Below are positions 1-11,929 of a stretch of DNA of 64,000 bases, one piece after another. Made by a program: the position numbers and the translations under genes. The stretch comes from Felis catus (Eukaryota). The number at the start of each line of letters is the position of its first letter. Within the stretch, counting starts at the first letter, position 1. The notes under the pieces are model-generated. The model made no database searches, was not told the DNA's origin, and saw only the letters and a program-made list of their open reading frames with translations. The DNA lies in the NCBI RefSeq assembly GCF_018350175.1, contig NC_058368.1, positions 213,964,001 through 214,028,000 of the forward strand, given 5' to 3'.

Positions 1-184
1 CCCAAGGCTTTGAGGATCCTAGCCTTCATTTCAAATAAAATATTGTAATTTGGCATAAAGAGGTTTGAATACCTGAATATAAGGGTGATATTCAGTGAAT
101 CCAGCTTATAGTGTAATGCTTGATGTTTGGCTTAATATTACCTTACAACTGTCAGGTTACTTATTGTAATGAGTTCTTTTCTAG

Positions 185-292
185 GAAGCGCTCCAAAAAA
201 TACGACAGAAGAATACAATGAGGCGAGAAGTAACAGTGGAGCTGAGTAGTCAAGGATTTTGGAAAACTGGCATCCGTTCTGATGTCTGTCAG
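185..292 (+). CDS. DROSHA: DROSHA exon A (108 nt, ~aa 823-858)
   Basis: ttttctag|GAAGCG...TGTCAG|gtgatg; EALQKIRQKNTMRREVTVELSSQGFWKTGIRSDVCQ. Confidence 0.97.
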
Positions 293-1884
293 GTGATGAC
301 GCCTCTGAGAACACAATTATACCTATATATCTCTTTTTTTAAAAGGCATCTGCCACTGAAGTTTTCCTAATTTCCATGAATTTCCGTAGAACGTACTGTC
401 TTCTAGCTAAATGGAACACCAACCATAAATTGTTTTCTATTGTTTGGGTTTTGTTTTTGTGTCCATTTTCATGTTGTCTTGTTCAGTTTTGTGTGTGTGT
501 GTGCACGTGTATGTGTGTGCCACTGCGTGTGTACACGTGTGCATGTGCGCAGTGGTGGGCAGTTACTTGGTAGTACTAAATTCTGTCTCTGCATGTTGAG
601 TGAAGGCAAGTCTGTTCTTGAAATGCCCCCGCCTGTTCGCAGCACCTGTGTGGGTGCTTCTGAAAAGAGCTCCAGCAGCTCTACAGGCAGACTCCTGAAG
701 GTGGTGTGTACAAACTTTCCAGACGGATGACGCAAACTTATACTTTAGAGAATTGAAGGCATTAATGAACAGAATCAGTGTAAATTTCATATTTGAGCCA
801 AATGATAATAGTTTTTGATGGGTGAACTAATAGAAGAACATGTCAGCTATATATGACTGTCTCACTAGTAACTATTTTTGTTTTCCCTATGAGTGGAATT
901 TATACCAGATTAGAGATTCCTAAAACCGAGCATATTCCTGGGCTCTTCACTTGATTCTTTTGTTATGATTGGTACTGGTTATGCTCCATGGGAATTACAG
1001 TAGCAGAAATGAGTACACAGGCAGGGATCAAGTAATGTAGTTCACTGTGTTCAGGCTTTTGGAAGAATACTTACAGGCTTCCACTTAATTCTGTTTTGAT
1101 GGTAGTATATATTGTAATCAGTTCAAGCAGTCTTAGGAATTTATTTCATCATAATGAGGTTTATTTTTTCCTTAAGTCGGTGTTGGCATTTAATTATTAT
1201 ATTGAACAGTGGGATTTAATCTTATCATTAAATGTATTGCTGTGTAATTCATTTATGTTGTGATGTCTGGAGCTACATATTTTTGTGTTAAGATTAATTG
1301 CTATTGATGCAGTGTTACTAAATAGTTTGAGAATAGTTACCAACAGTGGCAACCACCTATATCTACCAAGTCTTCAGTTACTTTGTTAACTGACCAATTT
1401 TTTTTTTTTTTTGCCATAAGTACTTTCAGGAGTGAGTATCTCTGTTGATTCTTTCTTAAAGCCACTCGAAGCCATGATACCCAGGTTTTCAGTTTCTCCC
1501 AAACCAACATAACGTCATCCTAAGGTAGACATTATAAGAACAGTATGCGGAATGTTCAACAATCTGTTCAAAATCTGGTGCTTTCAGTGATAAGTCAGAA
1601 TTGATAGAGACATCATAAAATTGTGGAACATTAAGACTGGAAGGAACCTTAGAGATCTTTCAGTTCAGTGGGTTTTAAACTTTGTGTGTGTGTGGTTTTT
1701 TTTTTTTTTTTTTTTTTTTTTTTGACAAAACCCTATGGAACCCTAATTTGTAAAAAGATAGAAAATAACTAAGGGGTGGTGGGAGTGGAGGGAGTATCCT
1801 GTTGTATTGATTTCCACCCTTGTAGCAGGCCCTAAGGCAGTTTTGTTCCACTGGACACAATTTTGTTTAAAGTATTGAGCCCTT

Positions 1885-2166
1885 GGGGCACCTGGGTGAC
1901 TAAGTCAGTTAAGCATCCATTCTTGATCTGATCTTGATTGGCTTGGGTCATGATCTCACTCGTTGTGAGATTGAGCCCCACCTCGGCTCTGTGCTGGGCA
2001 GTTGGCTCCATGCTGGGCAGTTGGCTCCATGCTGGGCTTGGAGCCTGCTTAAGATTCTCTCCATCTCCTTCTGCCTCTCTCCCCATCCTCAAAATAAATA
2101 AATAAATAAATACATAAGTGTATAAATAAATAAATACAAAATTAAATTAAGATAAAATAAAACAAA
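1885..2166 (+). mobile_element. Can-SINE (tRNA-derived carnivore SINE)
   Basis: ggggcacctgggtg head, CT-rich body, (AAAT)n tail. Confidence 0.92.
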
Positions 2167-2784
2167 GAGCCCCTTTCCCCCCTTTCTTTCGGTGAAATGT
2201 GTGCATATGGGTGCTAAATAATCTTTTCCACTGCAGTTCTGTGTTCTTCAGCTGTGTCACAGATTTCTTATTCTGGCTTGTCAGCTAGATTAGAAGTAGC
2301 TGGAGGACTAGGTTATCATCTCTTTATGTATTATATTTAACCTTCTGTCTGGAGATTGGCAGGCAAAAGCACTCAGTTAATTCCTTTTACTAACTGGTCA
2401 GAGAAATTGGACCCTGATTAAAACTCCTGCCAAGGTGAGTACTCCTTGATCTAATAATAGTCCTTTGCTCTGAAGGACTCCCACTCTCCCAAAGACAACT
2501 GCCATCTGTTTAGAAGCCATGCTTCCAGTCTCCAATCCTATTTTTTACAAGTAATGTTGGCTTTATTTAGTTTCTTATCCTAGAATAAATGTTTCTTTTT
2601 GTGTGTGTTCCTGAAATCAGATGGCAGGTGGCATGTAATAATGCAGTTTAAAACATTCAAACTAAAGGCGTTTAGTATGTTTGGTAATGAAGAATAAGAA
2701 TCTGAGAAAGAGCAGTTAAATGAAATTATACACTGAATACTTTGAGTAATCCTGAAGCCTGTGAATAGGTAGACTCATACCTAA

Positions 2785-2993
2785 TTTTTTTTTTAACTTA
2801 TTTATTTATTTTGAGACAGAGAGCACACAAGCAGAAGAGGGGCAGAGAGAGTGGGAGAGAAAGAGAATCCCCAGCAGGCCCCTCCCTGACAGTGCAGAGC
2901 CTGATGCAGGGCTTGGACCCACGAACCACAAGATCATGACCTGAGCCGAAACCCAAGTCAGATGCTTAACTGACTGAGCCAGCCAGGCGCCCC
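2785..2993 (-). mobile_element. Can-SINE
   Basis: Poly-T, then (GA)-rich body, ending ...ccaggcgcccc. Confidence 0.92.
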
Positions 2994-4694
2994 TCACACT
3001 TAATTTTAAGGGAAAAAAAACCACTTCTCTAAAATTCTCAGGGGTTGGGCAGGGGAAGGATTCTCTATTTGGTAACACATTGATGTAGAACCCACTGTTC
3101 ATAAGTGATAGTTGCTACTAGGTTGCTGGCAAAAGCCTTTTGATGTTATCTTGCTGCCTCTGAGATGAAACTGTTGTCACACATCTGAGGTGGAGAAACT
3201 TAAGTACCAGCCCTTTATTCTAGATGTATAACCTCCCACCAGAGAAGTTACAGGGTTGTTACGAGGTTAGAAAATTCTATCTGATGCTCCAACCAATGTG
3301 AGGAGGAATGGGAAGCTAGGTGTGGGCCTGTAACCTATAATTACATGTGAACTGAATGCAGACTTGAGACTGTGTTTAGAGACAAACTATTGAAAGATTT
3401 ATTCTGTGTTGCTGTTTATTAGAGTGAATTCTAGGTAACATGGGAGGAAAAAAAGCAAGAATTAAAACCTGAAACCAAGGCTGAAAAATTCAACAGTAGG
3501 ACTCAGAAAAGGAAGAAAGGCAGCATGTTGCTACAGGATCTGTATTTTAAGAGTGGGGTTCTGCCCACTGAGGTTGAATTGGTATCGTATAGAAGTAGGT
3601 GCCTGTACCCTCTGCTTTGGTAAGGAGGTAGATGGTCCATGGGAATCAATAAACTGGACCATAAGAATGGAGAATGGATAAATGTGACAAACAGAGACAT
3701 CAAAAAAGAAGCAAGGAATCTGCCACCATTATGGTTATATAGCCCATATAAGGCTTATCCCAAACTGGGGAGATGAACTCATTGAGAAAACTAAGGAGGC
3801 ACAGGTGCATGGAGAATTGCTGTTGGTGCTAGGGAGACAAGCTGAGTTGTGGTGGTTGGTCCTTGTACTGGGTAGATCCAGGGCTATATTTGGATGCATT
3901 AATAGCTGTGCTGTCTTCCCATAGTAACTCTGGAATGGAATGGAGGGCTGCCTTGCTGGATCACAATAACTGATACTCTCGCTTCATGATTTATCAAGGG
4001 GACTGAACAGTGTAAAGAAATATCTCTAGGGATTAAGAGTTTTGGACAACACATTGAAGGAATCATTTTCTAAGTTTGAACTTGGGAGAGAAAATGGAGA
4101 TTTATACCTCTGAGAGACATATGGCTTCACAGTTACTGATAACAAATTTTTGGACAATGAGAGGTACTTATTTTTTTATTTTATTTTTTTGAACTGGAGA
4201 TGTCGTGCTTCTTGTAATGGAAGAAAAGGAGATTTTGCTTTGATGGCTGACTGGCCTGATAGAGAACTGTTAAAATTACATTTTTATTATACAAATGTCA
4301 GACATATAAAAGGTCAGGGAGAAAAGTGTAATGAACTCTATGTAGTCCTCACACGGCCTCAGTGGTTAGCAGCAGCATTTCTGTAATATCAAATACCAGC
4401 CAGTGTTCATGTTTTCCTGTCTGTTAGATCTGTGTCAGTCTGCTTGAATTGGGATTCAAACAAGATTCATACATTGTGATGAGTTGATGTATTTTAAGTC
4501 TCTTTACCCTAAGTTCTCATTCCATTTTCCCTTTGTTTTCCTTGCAAATTTTTGTTGTTGAAGAAACTCAAAGTTCATGTTCAGTAATGGAAGTGTTCCT
4601 GCGGTCTGATCTGATCTGAATTTTGCTGATTGTAACTTTATGGTATCATTTAACATGTGCTTCTCTCCCTTGTATATCCTATACATTGTTATAA

Positions 4695-5118
4695 ACTGCT
4701 GTCTAATACAATACTACTGGCTACACATGGGTTTATAAACTTAAATTAATTAGAATTAAATGAAACTAGGGGTGCCTGGATATCTGTTAAGGGTCTGACT
4801 TAGACTCAGGTCATGATCTCACAGTTTGTGAATTCGAGCCCCATGTTGGGCTCTGTGCTGACAGCTCAGAGCCAGGAGCCTGCTTTGGATTCTGTGTCTC
4901 CCTCTCTTTGTGCCCCTCCCCCACTTGTGCTCTGTCTCTCAAAAATAAATAAATGTGAAAATATTTTTTTTAGAATTAAATGAAATTAAAAATTCAGTTC
5001 TTAGTTGTCCTAGCCACAGTTCCAGCCCTTATTAGACACATCTTGCTATTGCCTGTTATAACAGCAGAGATGCAGAATATTTTCATTATCATAGGACGTT
5101 CTGTTGAATGGCACTGAT
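4695..5118. mobile_element. MER3-like hAT-Charlie DNA transposon, interrupted by a SINE
   Basis: ctgtctaataca...ggctacacatgg...aaattcagttc...ctagccaca...ttctgttgaatggcactg, recognised by eye. Confidence 0.6.
4769..4970 (+). mobile_element. Can-SINE
   Basis: ggggtgcctgg head; duplicated flank tagaattaaatgaaa at 4751-4765 and 4971-4985. Confidence 0.93.
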
Positions 5119-5211
5119 CACTTGTAAGTGTATTTTTTTGCGCAACCTACTCTTAAGTGGTAGTGTGGTGTCTCTCTCCCTGTCTCTTTTTATTGTAAGT
5201 GGATTATTTAA

Positions 5212-5431
5212 GGGTGCCTGGGTGGCTCAGTCAGTTAAGCATCCATCTGACTTCGACTCAGGTCATGATCTCATGGTTCTTGAGTTCGAGCCCTGCGTTG
5301 AGCTCTGTGCTGACCGCTGACACCTGGAGCCTGGAGCCTGCTCTGGATTCTGTGTCTCCCTCTCTCTCTGCCCCTCCCCCTCTCACACTCTGTCTCTTTC
5401 TCTCTCACAAATAAATAAACATTAAAAAAAA
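5212..5431 (+). mobile_element. Can-SINE
   Basis: gggtgcctgggtggctcag head; duplicated flank attgtaagtggattat at 5192-5207 and 5432-5447. Confidence 0.94.
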
Positions 5432-5518
5432 ATTGTAAGTGGATTATCCAAACATTTAATAGTTCTTTTAGAGAGTAAATTCTGTTCATAGAAATCTGAC
5501 TTAATCAGACCATTTTTC

Positions 5519-5738
5519 TTTTCTTTTTTTTTTTTCAACGTTTATTTATTTTTGGGACAGAGAGAGACAGAGCATGAACGGGGGAGGGGCAGAGAGAGAG
5601 GGAGACACAGAATCGGAAACAGGCTCCAGGCTCTGGGCCATCAGCCCAGAGCCCGATGCGGGGCTTGAACTCATGGACCACGAGATCGTGACCTGGCTGA
5701 AGTCGGACGCTTAACCGACTGCGCCACCCAGGCGCCCC
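5519..5738 (-). mobile_element. Young felid-type Can-SINE (SINEC_Fc-like)
   Basis: Retains many CpGs (ggggcgcctgggtggcgcagtcggttaagcgtccgac on the - strand); perfect 16-bp TSD AATCAGACCATTTTTC at 5503-5518 and 5739-5754. Confidence 0.95.
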
Positions 5739-5807
5739 AATCAGACCATTTTTCAGTTGAAGAAATAAGTCTTTGAATTGGAATATATTTCTCCCCAGTC
5801 GTATACC

Positions 5808-6211
5808 TTATTTTAAAAATTGAAGTATAGTTGACATAAAATTAAATTAGTTTCACGTATACAACATAGTGATTCAGCAACTGTATACATGATGAAATAC
5901 CACAGCAAGTGTATTACAGTATTATTGACAATATTCCCTATGGTATGCTTTTTACCTCTGTGACTTATTTGTTTTATAACTGGAAGTTTGTAACTCTTAA
6001 TCCCCTTTACCTATTTCGTCCATTTTCCCAATCCCCTCCTGTTGGCAATCTCCAGTTTGTTTTCTATATTTATGAGTCTTTCTCTCTTTTGTTATTGTTT
6101 GTTCATTTGTTTTGTTTTTTAGATTCTACATGTAAGTAAATCATAAGGTTTTTTGCCTTTCTCTGTCTGGCTTATTTCACTTAGCATAATACCTTCTGGG
6201 TCCATCCATGG
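5808..6211 (-). mobile_element. L1 3' UTR fragment (carnivore-type)
   Basis: attgaagtatagttgaca...tttagattctacatgtaagt...ttatttcacttagcataatacc, typical of a reverse-strand L1 3' end. Confidence 0.8.
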
Positions 6212-7147
6212 TCTCTCTTTTGTGTGTAGCATTTTTAGTCACTAATGAATTATGACCTAGACCCAATAATTCACTAAGAGCTTCCAAAGTGATATTTTAA
6301 TTCTGTCTTTTTGCATTTATTCGTTAGAATACTTTAAAAAAGAATCTTTCCCTCATCAAGTATTTGATATTCATGCCAAAAAAAGTACTCATTTTTCTTT
6401 AATACACTAATAATAGTCCCAGGATAACAATATTAATGGCACCGATTATGGGAAGCAGTTGTTTGGGGGTATTCCTTTTTATCTGTGATTATCTACAGAT
6501 ATGACACAAGGCATACACACACATTACTGTGGTTTGGTCATTTGTGCTTATATCACAAACTGGGTACACAGATTCATTTATTTCATTTGACTTTTGATTT
6601 AAAGTGTTTCTTTTAGAAAGTATTGCTTTGTAAATCTGTAAAATATTTTCCATGTTTCCAAACTCAGGTTTATAAAGCCAAGTCTGTTTTAAAAAAAATC
6701 TAATTTGTATCTCTTTCCTCTACTCCTTTCTTGCCACTCTGCACCCCTAAGAGTAGCCATCTTTTAGAAATGGTTTAATTTTTTCCTTTAATATAAGAAA
6801 ACACAGACACACGTGCGCGCACATGCACGCATACATTCTTTGTATGTTTGGCCTCCCCGCTGTCAAACTGTTTTTTGTTATGTGGTCCCTGTGAGCTCCA
6901 TTTTCGTTGTTTGTTTGTTTGTTTGTTTTTTCTTTTTTTTCTTTTTTTCTTTTTACATCTCTGTGTATTCGGGAAGGTTCATAATTCTGTATGAATGGTT
7001 ATCTTTTTATTAACACCTTTGTAGTCTAATGAAACTTCTCCCTCCCCTCCTATGTGTGTCCCATTGCGCATTATTGAAAATAAATGATTATTATTTTTTG
7101 TGCTTCTCTCTCTCATCCAGCACCTAATTTGAAGTGATTATCCTTTT

Positions 7148-7348
7148 TTTAAAAATGTTTATTTATTTTTCAGAGAGGGAGAGAGTGAGCACGAGCAGGG
7201 GAGGGGCAGAGAGAGAGGGAGACAGAATCCAAAGCAGTCTCTAGGCTCTGAGCTGTCAGCCCAGAGCCCAACATGGGGCTTGAACTCATAAGCTGAGAAC
7301 ATGACCTGAGCTGAAGTCAAATGCCCAGTTGAGCCACTCTGGTGCCCC
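7148..7348 (-). mobile_element. Can-SINE
   Basis: TSD aagtgattatcctttt at 7132-7147 and 7351-7366. Confidence 0.92.
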
Positions 7349-7559
7349 TCAAGTGATTATCCTTTTGCTGCAAGTTAGTATTTATGAGACACACAGCAGC
7401 CTCATCCCTACTCTTCATGGACTTCACGTTCTCCCCTCATTTTCTGATAGTGGTAGTAATCTGTTAGAGTATTAGGCATTTTCTATAATGTTGACTCACT
7501 TATTGATTATCTGTAGTTAAAAATATATTTGAAGGTAATTGCTAGTTTATATGGCAGTG

Positions 7560-8890
7560 TCTATCCCCCTTGTTTTGATTGTCTGAGCTCCTTTCTGGCA
7601 GATTCCTTAAGAAGGGCTTATTGAAACAATTATCCTTAAGGTCCTGCATGTTCCTAACCCTTGTCTTTAAATATAAAGGCCACTTAAACTGGATTTAAAG
7701 TTTGTGAGTTATGGTTTCTTTTTTTAACATCTTAAATATGTTCTCTTTGTTATCTGGCATAAAGCTCTGTTGTCAAAAGTGTGATAATATGAATTTTATA
7801 AGTGACTTGGCCCTTTTGTCTCAGTGCCTAAAGGATTTTTTTTCCTTTAAAAACTAATAATAGCCATACTAGAATATGTCTCAGCTTTTTTGGTTAATTT
7901 TTTCAGATATGCTGTGTACCCTTCAGTATATACTTTCAAGATGTCTTTTATCTCAAATGTTTTCTTGAATTACACATTTCATTATTCTGTCCTGTTGTAT
8001 TGATTTTCTTTAAGGATTCATGTTATATGCACTTTGTACCTTCTTTGTTTATCTTCTGTATCTATCATTTTCTTCTGAATCCTTCACTTCTTTTTGATTT
8101 ATTTCTCTAAAATTTTGCCTTTTTCCATCTTTTATTTCTCAAAGGCACTATCCATTGGTTAATTTGCTGTTCATTCTCTTTAGTCTGTATTCTTAAAATG
8201 ATTTTTTCCTTTTGTGTCTTTTCTCTGAGGTTTGTCACTTTTTTTCAAATCTTCCTTTTCTCCAGTCATTTCATTTCCGAATTAATGTAAATGTAATACT
8301 TATTTGTAGGGTTTTTTTTAATTGCTTCCTTTGTTTTCTTAATTTTGTTTATCTTATTTTGAAATGTTAGGTTACAGCTTTCATCTGTTTTGTTGGCATG
8401 TTTTTCTGGCTTTATTTTTTAATTATCTGAGGAATCTTATTCTATTCTTTCCATTTTCTGATGGGGTATGATCATGATTTTCTATTGCTCTTCAAGTTAA
8501 ATAATGTTAGATAAGTAAGTGAAATATTTTCTCGTACTTTTAGGAGGGAGGTAGAAGTCAGATTAACTTTTCACGGTTAAAGAGCCCCTCCTGCTGCTTG
8601 TGCAAAGTGGTAAAAGACATGGCTTCATAATATCTGAGACCTGCCCTCTGCTTTCCTCCCCTACTTTTATCTGGACTTTCTCTTTCTTTTGCCCTTTATT
8701 CTTCCTCTCTTGCTTAAATGTGGCTTTTACTCTCCGTACTTGCTTCACCATGGGACTTTATCCTCGAAGGGAACTTCAGTTTTTAATTTTGAGTATTTAT
8801 AGGGCCTTAGCTTCTCTGGCAGCATTACACTGTCCTCTTGTACTCACCCAGTAGATTGGAATCTGCAGAGCCCTCTCCAGTTTTGGTCAC
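7560..8890 (-). mobile_element. Old L1M/HAL1-like fragment (boundaries uncertain)
   Basis: Long, strongly T-rich, decayed stretch resembling the reverse strand of an L1 ORF1/5' region; family not resolved. Confidence 0.4.
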
Positions 8891-8892
8891 AG

Positions 8893-9116
8893 TTTTATTT
8901 TTTTTATTTTTAAAAAATGTTTATTTTTGAGAGAGATGGAGACAGAGTGTAAGCAGGGGAGGAGCAGAGAGCGAGGAAGACACAGAATTCCAAGCAGGCT
9001 CTGGGCTGTGAGCTGTCAGCACAGAGCCTGATGTGGGGCTTGAACCCACAGACCATGAGATCTTGACCTGAGCTGAAGTCATGAATGCTTAACCAACTGA
9101 ACCCCCCAGGTGCCCC
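8893..9116 (-). mobile_element. Can-SINE
   Basis: Poly-T tail on the left; ends ...ccaggtgcccc. Confidence 0.92.
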
Positions 9117-9139
9117 ACAAAGATTGATAATATAAAAAA

Positions 9140-9355
9140 GGGCACCTAGGTGGGTCAGTCGGTTGAATATCCAACTCTTGCTTTTGCCCTGGGTCATGAT
9201 CCCAGGGTTGTGAGATTGAGCCCCACGTCAGGCTCTGTGCTGAGTGTGGAGCCTGCTTAAGATTCTTTCTCTTTCTCCCTCTGCCCCTTTCCCCTGCTCA
9301 TGCTTGCTCACTCCCTCTAAAATAAATAAAATGAAAAAAAACAAAAAAAAAAACA
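9140..9355 (+). mobile_element. Can-SINE
   Basis: gggcacctaggtgggtcagtcggtt head; A-rich tail. Confidence 0.92.
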
Positions 9356-9773
9356 ACTGAGCTAGAGATTTTAACAGTCTTATACATAATGTTGAGACTT
9401 TGTTGTCTAGGTTACAAGATGGGCATGGGTCATATATAGCTTTTAGTGATATTCACAAGAAACACTCTTATCTGTAAAGATAAACTAGTATTGTTTGGAG
9501 CAAGTTTAGAGGAAGTAGTGAAAGGAATCAGCTGTTTGACATGAGTAAAGGTTAAAGGAAATAAGACTTAGGTTAGTGAAGAAAAGATGTGGAGACATTA
9601 CCATTAAATGTTTTTTTTGTTTTTTGGGTTTTTTTTTTGTCCCCAGGGGTATAACTAGGTTTCAAGGGATAAACCTCCAAGAGATAGATTTAGATTAAAT
9701 GTTGATAATAACTTTCTAATCACCAGAGTACTCTAAAGAGGGTGTTCTTTCCTTTTTAAAGAATTTTTTATTA

Positions 9774-9939
9774 GAGTGCCTTGGTGGCTCAGTCGGTTGA
9801 GCCACTGACTCTTGATATTGGCTCTGGTCATGATCTTATGGTTGTGAGACCAAGCCCCGCTTTGGGCTCTGTGCCAACAGCTTGGAACCTGCTTCGGATT
9901 CTCTCCCTCTCTCTCTACCCCTCCCCTGCTCTTCCATTG

Positions 9940-9971
<32 letters not shown>

Positions 9972-9988
9972 ATAAATATTTAAAAAAT
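9774..9988 (+). mobile_element. Can-SINE
   Basis: ggtggctcagtcggttgag head, (CT)n, aaaataaa tail. Confidence 0.92.
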
Positions 9989-10000
9989 TATTTTTTATTG

Positions 10001-10262
10001 TTTTTAATTTTTTTTAAGTTTATTTGTTTATTTTGAGAGAGAGAGAGAGAGAGAGAGCACAAGCAGGGGAGGGGCATAGAGAGAGGGAGGGAGAGGGAGA
10101 GGGAGAGAGAGAGCGAGAGAGAGAGAGAGAAAGAGAAATTCAGGCAGGCTCTGTGCCATCAGCACAGAGCCCAATGCGGGACTTGAATTCATGAACCGTG
10201 AGATCATGACCTGAGTCAAGGTGGAGAGTCGAATGCTCATCTGACTGAGCCACCCAAGTCCA
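10001..10262 (-). mobile_element. Can-SINE
   Basis: Poly-T, (GA)n, ...gactgagccaccca. Confidence 0.92.
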
Positions 10263-10275
10263 GCCCGACCCAGCA

Positions 10276-10680
10276 TTTTCTTTATTAAGTATAGTTGACA
10301 TACAATGTTATGTTAGTTTTAGCTGCACAACATGGTGATTGAACAGTTCTATATATTACATAGTGCTCACTGTGATAAGTGTAGTCATGATCTGTCATCA
10401 TACGTTATTACAACATTATTGACTGTATTCCCAATACTGTACTTTTCATCTCTGTGACTTAACGTATTTATAACTGAAAGTTTATACCTTTTAATCTTTC
10501 ACCCATCCACCACCCCCTTTCCCTCTGGCAACCACCAGGGTGTTCTCTGTACTAATTTCATTTGTTCGTTTTGTTTTTGTTTGTTTGTTTGTTTTGTTTT
10601 TTTTAGATTCCATATAGAAGTGAGATCATATGGTATTTGTCTTTCTCTGACTGATTTATTTCAGTTAGCATAATACCCTG
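10276..10680 (-). mobile_element. L1 3' UTR fragment (carnivore-type)
   Basis: aagtatagttgacatacaatgtta...ttagattccatatagaagtgagatcatatgg...ttagcataataccc; similar to 5808-6211. Confidence 0.8.
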
Positions 10681-11929
10681 AAGAGGGTGTTATTTTCTTG
10701 ACAGGGGATGATCTCTTACTGGAGGTATTAAAAAAATAATTCATCAGTTTGAGTTCATACTTAAAGAAGATAGTTGCACTGTGTAGTCTTCATGACCCTT
10801 CTACCTTGAGTTTTTAGCATCAGCTCCCTTGAGCTTTCTGCAATTTAAATGCCTGGAAAGTGATACCAGACATTGGTCACAATTTTGTTTCCCTATTAAC
10901 AATGTTCTTTAATGCAGCACTTATCAGAACAACATGGAGGAAATGCCAGTACTTCTGATCATGATGGCATATCTCTGGGAAGCCCTTGAGGGCAGAGAGT
11001 GTGTATCTTTTTTCTCTTCCACAACCCTAGTAAGCCTTGCACATGGAGGTGCTCAATATGTATTTATTGAATTGAAATGGAAAAAAGGACTTCCTGTTGA
11101 TTGGAGTTCCTAATTGGGAGCATTGATCTTTACTTGTAAGTTAATATTACAGGAGACTGATTTCTGCATTTTCAAGCAAATCCATTTTCATGTATTTTTA
11201 AACAATGCCATCTGAAAATACTTCAAAGAGTAAAATGATATAAAGCGTATGTCAGTCATTCTGTGGGCTGTGCCCATCTTCTAGGTTCTGATGAATAAGA
11301 TGAATAAGAATGACTCCTTTCTCTCAAGTTCTAGGGAAATATTATTAAGAAAAAGAGAAGGCTATGCCTTTTATGAAATTATTTCCAATAAGGCATCTTT
11401 AGCCAAATGAGAAGTGATTGAAACCAAAGTAAAAGTTCCATGTCCTCAGGTGACTTACCTGTATTGGTGGTTTTATAAAAGTCATCCTCAGATTATTAGA
11501 TCATTAAGTATTAAACCTGGAATGGCCCTTTGAGATCATCTGGCTGAGAAGTTCTTACCTGGAGGATAGTGATAGGCTTTTAGGGGTCTGTGAACCCATT
11601 AAAATTGCATACCTTTTTTTTACGTGTTTATGCACATAGGCATTTTTCTGGGGAAACAGTCATTTTCCTTAGATTCTCAAAAAAGTCTTGACCTTGACAG
11701 AGTTTCAGAATTTATAAGTCCTAATCTATTCTCTTGGAATTAAAGGCAGGAGGCCCAGAAATTCTGATGACTTGCTGAGATTACCCTGCTGTATCCTGTT
11801 GAAGCCGGGCTACTCCTACCTGAGTGAGGCTGAGAGGCCTTGTGCTGAGCATTTTTTTGTATTTGCTCATTTCATCCTTTTAACCACCCTCCCCCCTCCA
11901 CCCCCGCAAAAAAAAAAAAAGTAGCTATA

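Noticed and set aside
1885..1960. tRNA-like A/B-box sequence at SINE heads
   Set aside because: These are tRNA-derived SINE heads that continue into CT-rich bodies and A tails; no complete cloverleaf is present, so no tRNA gene was called.
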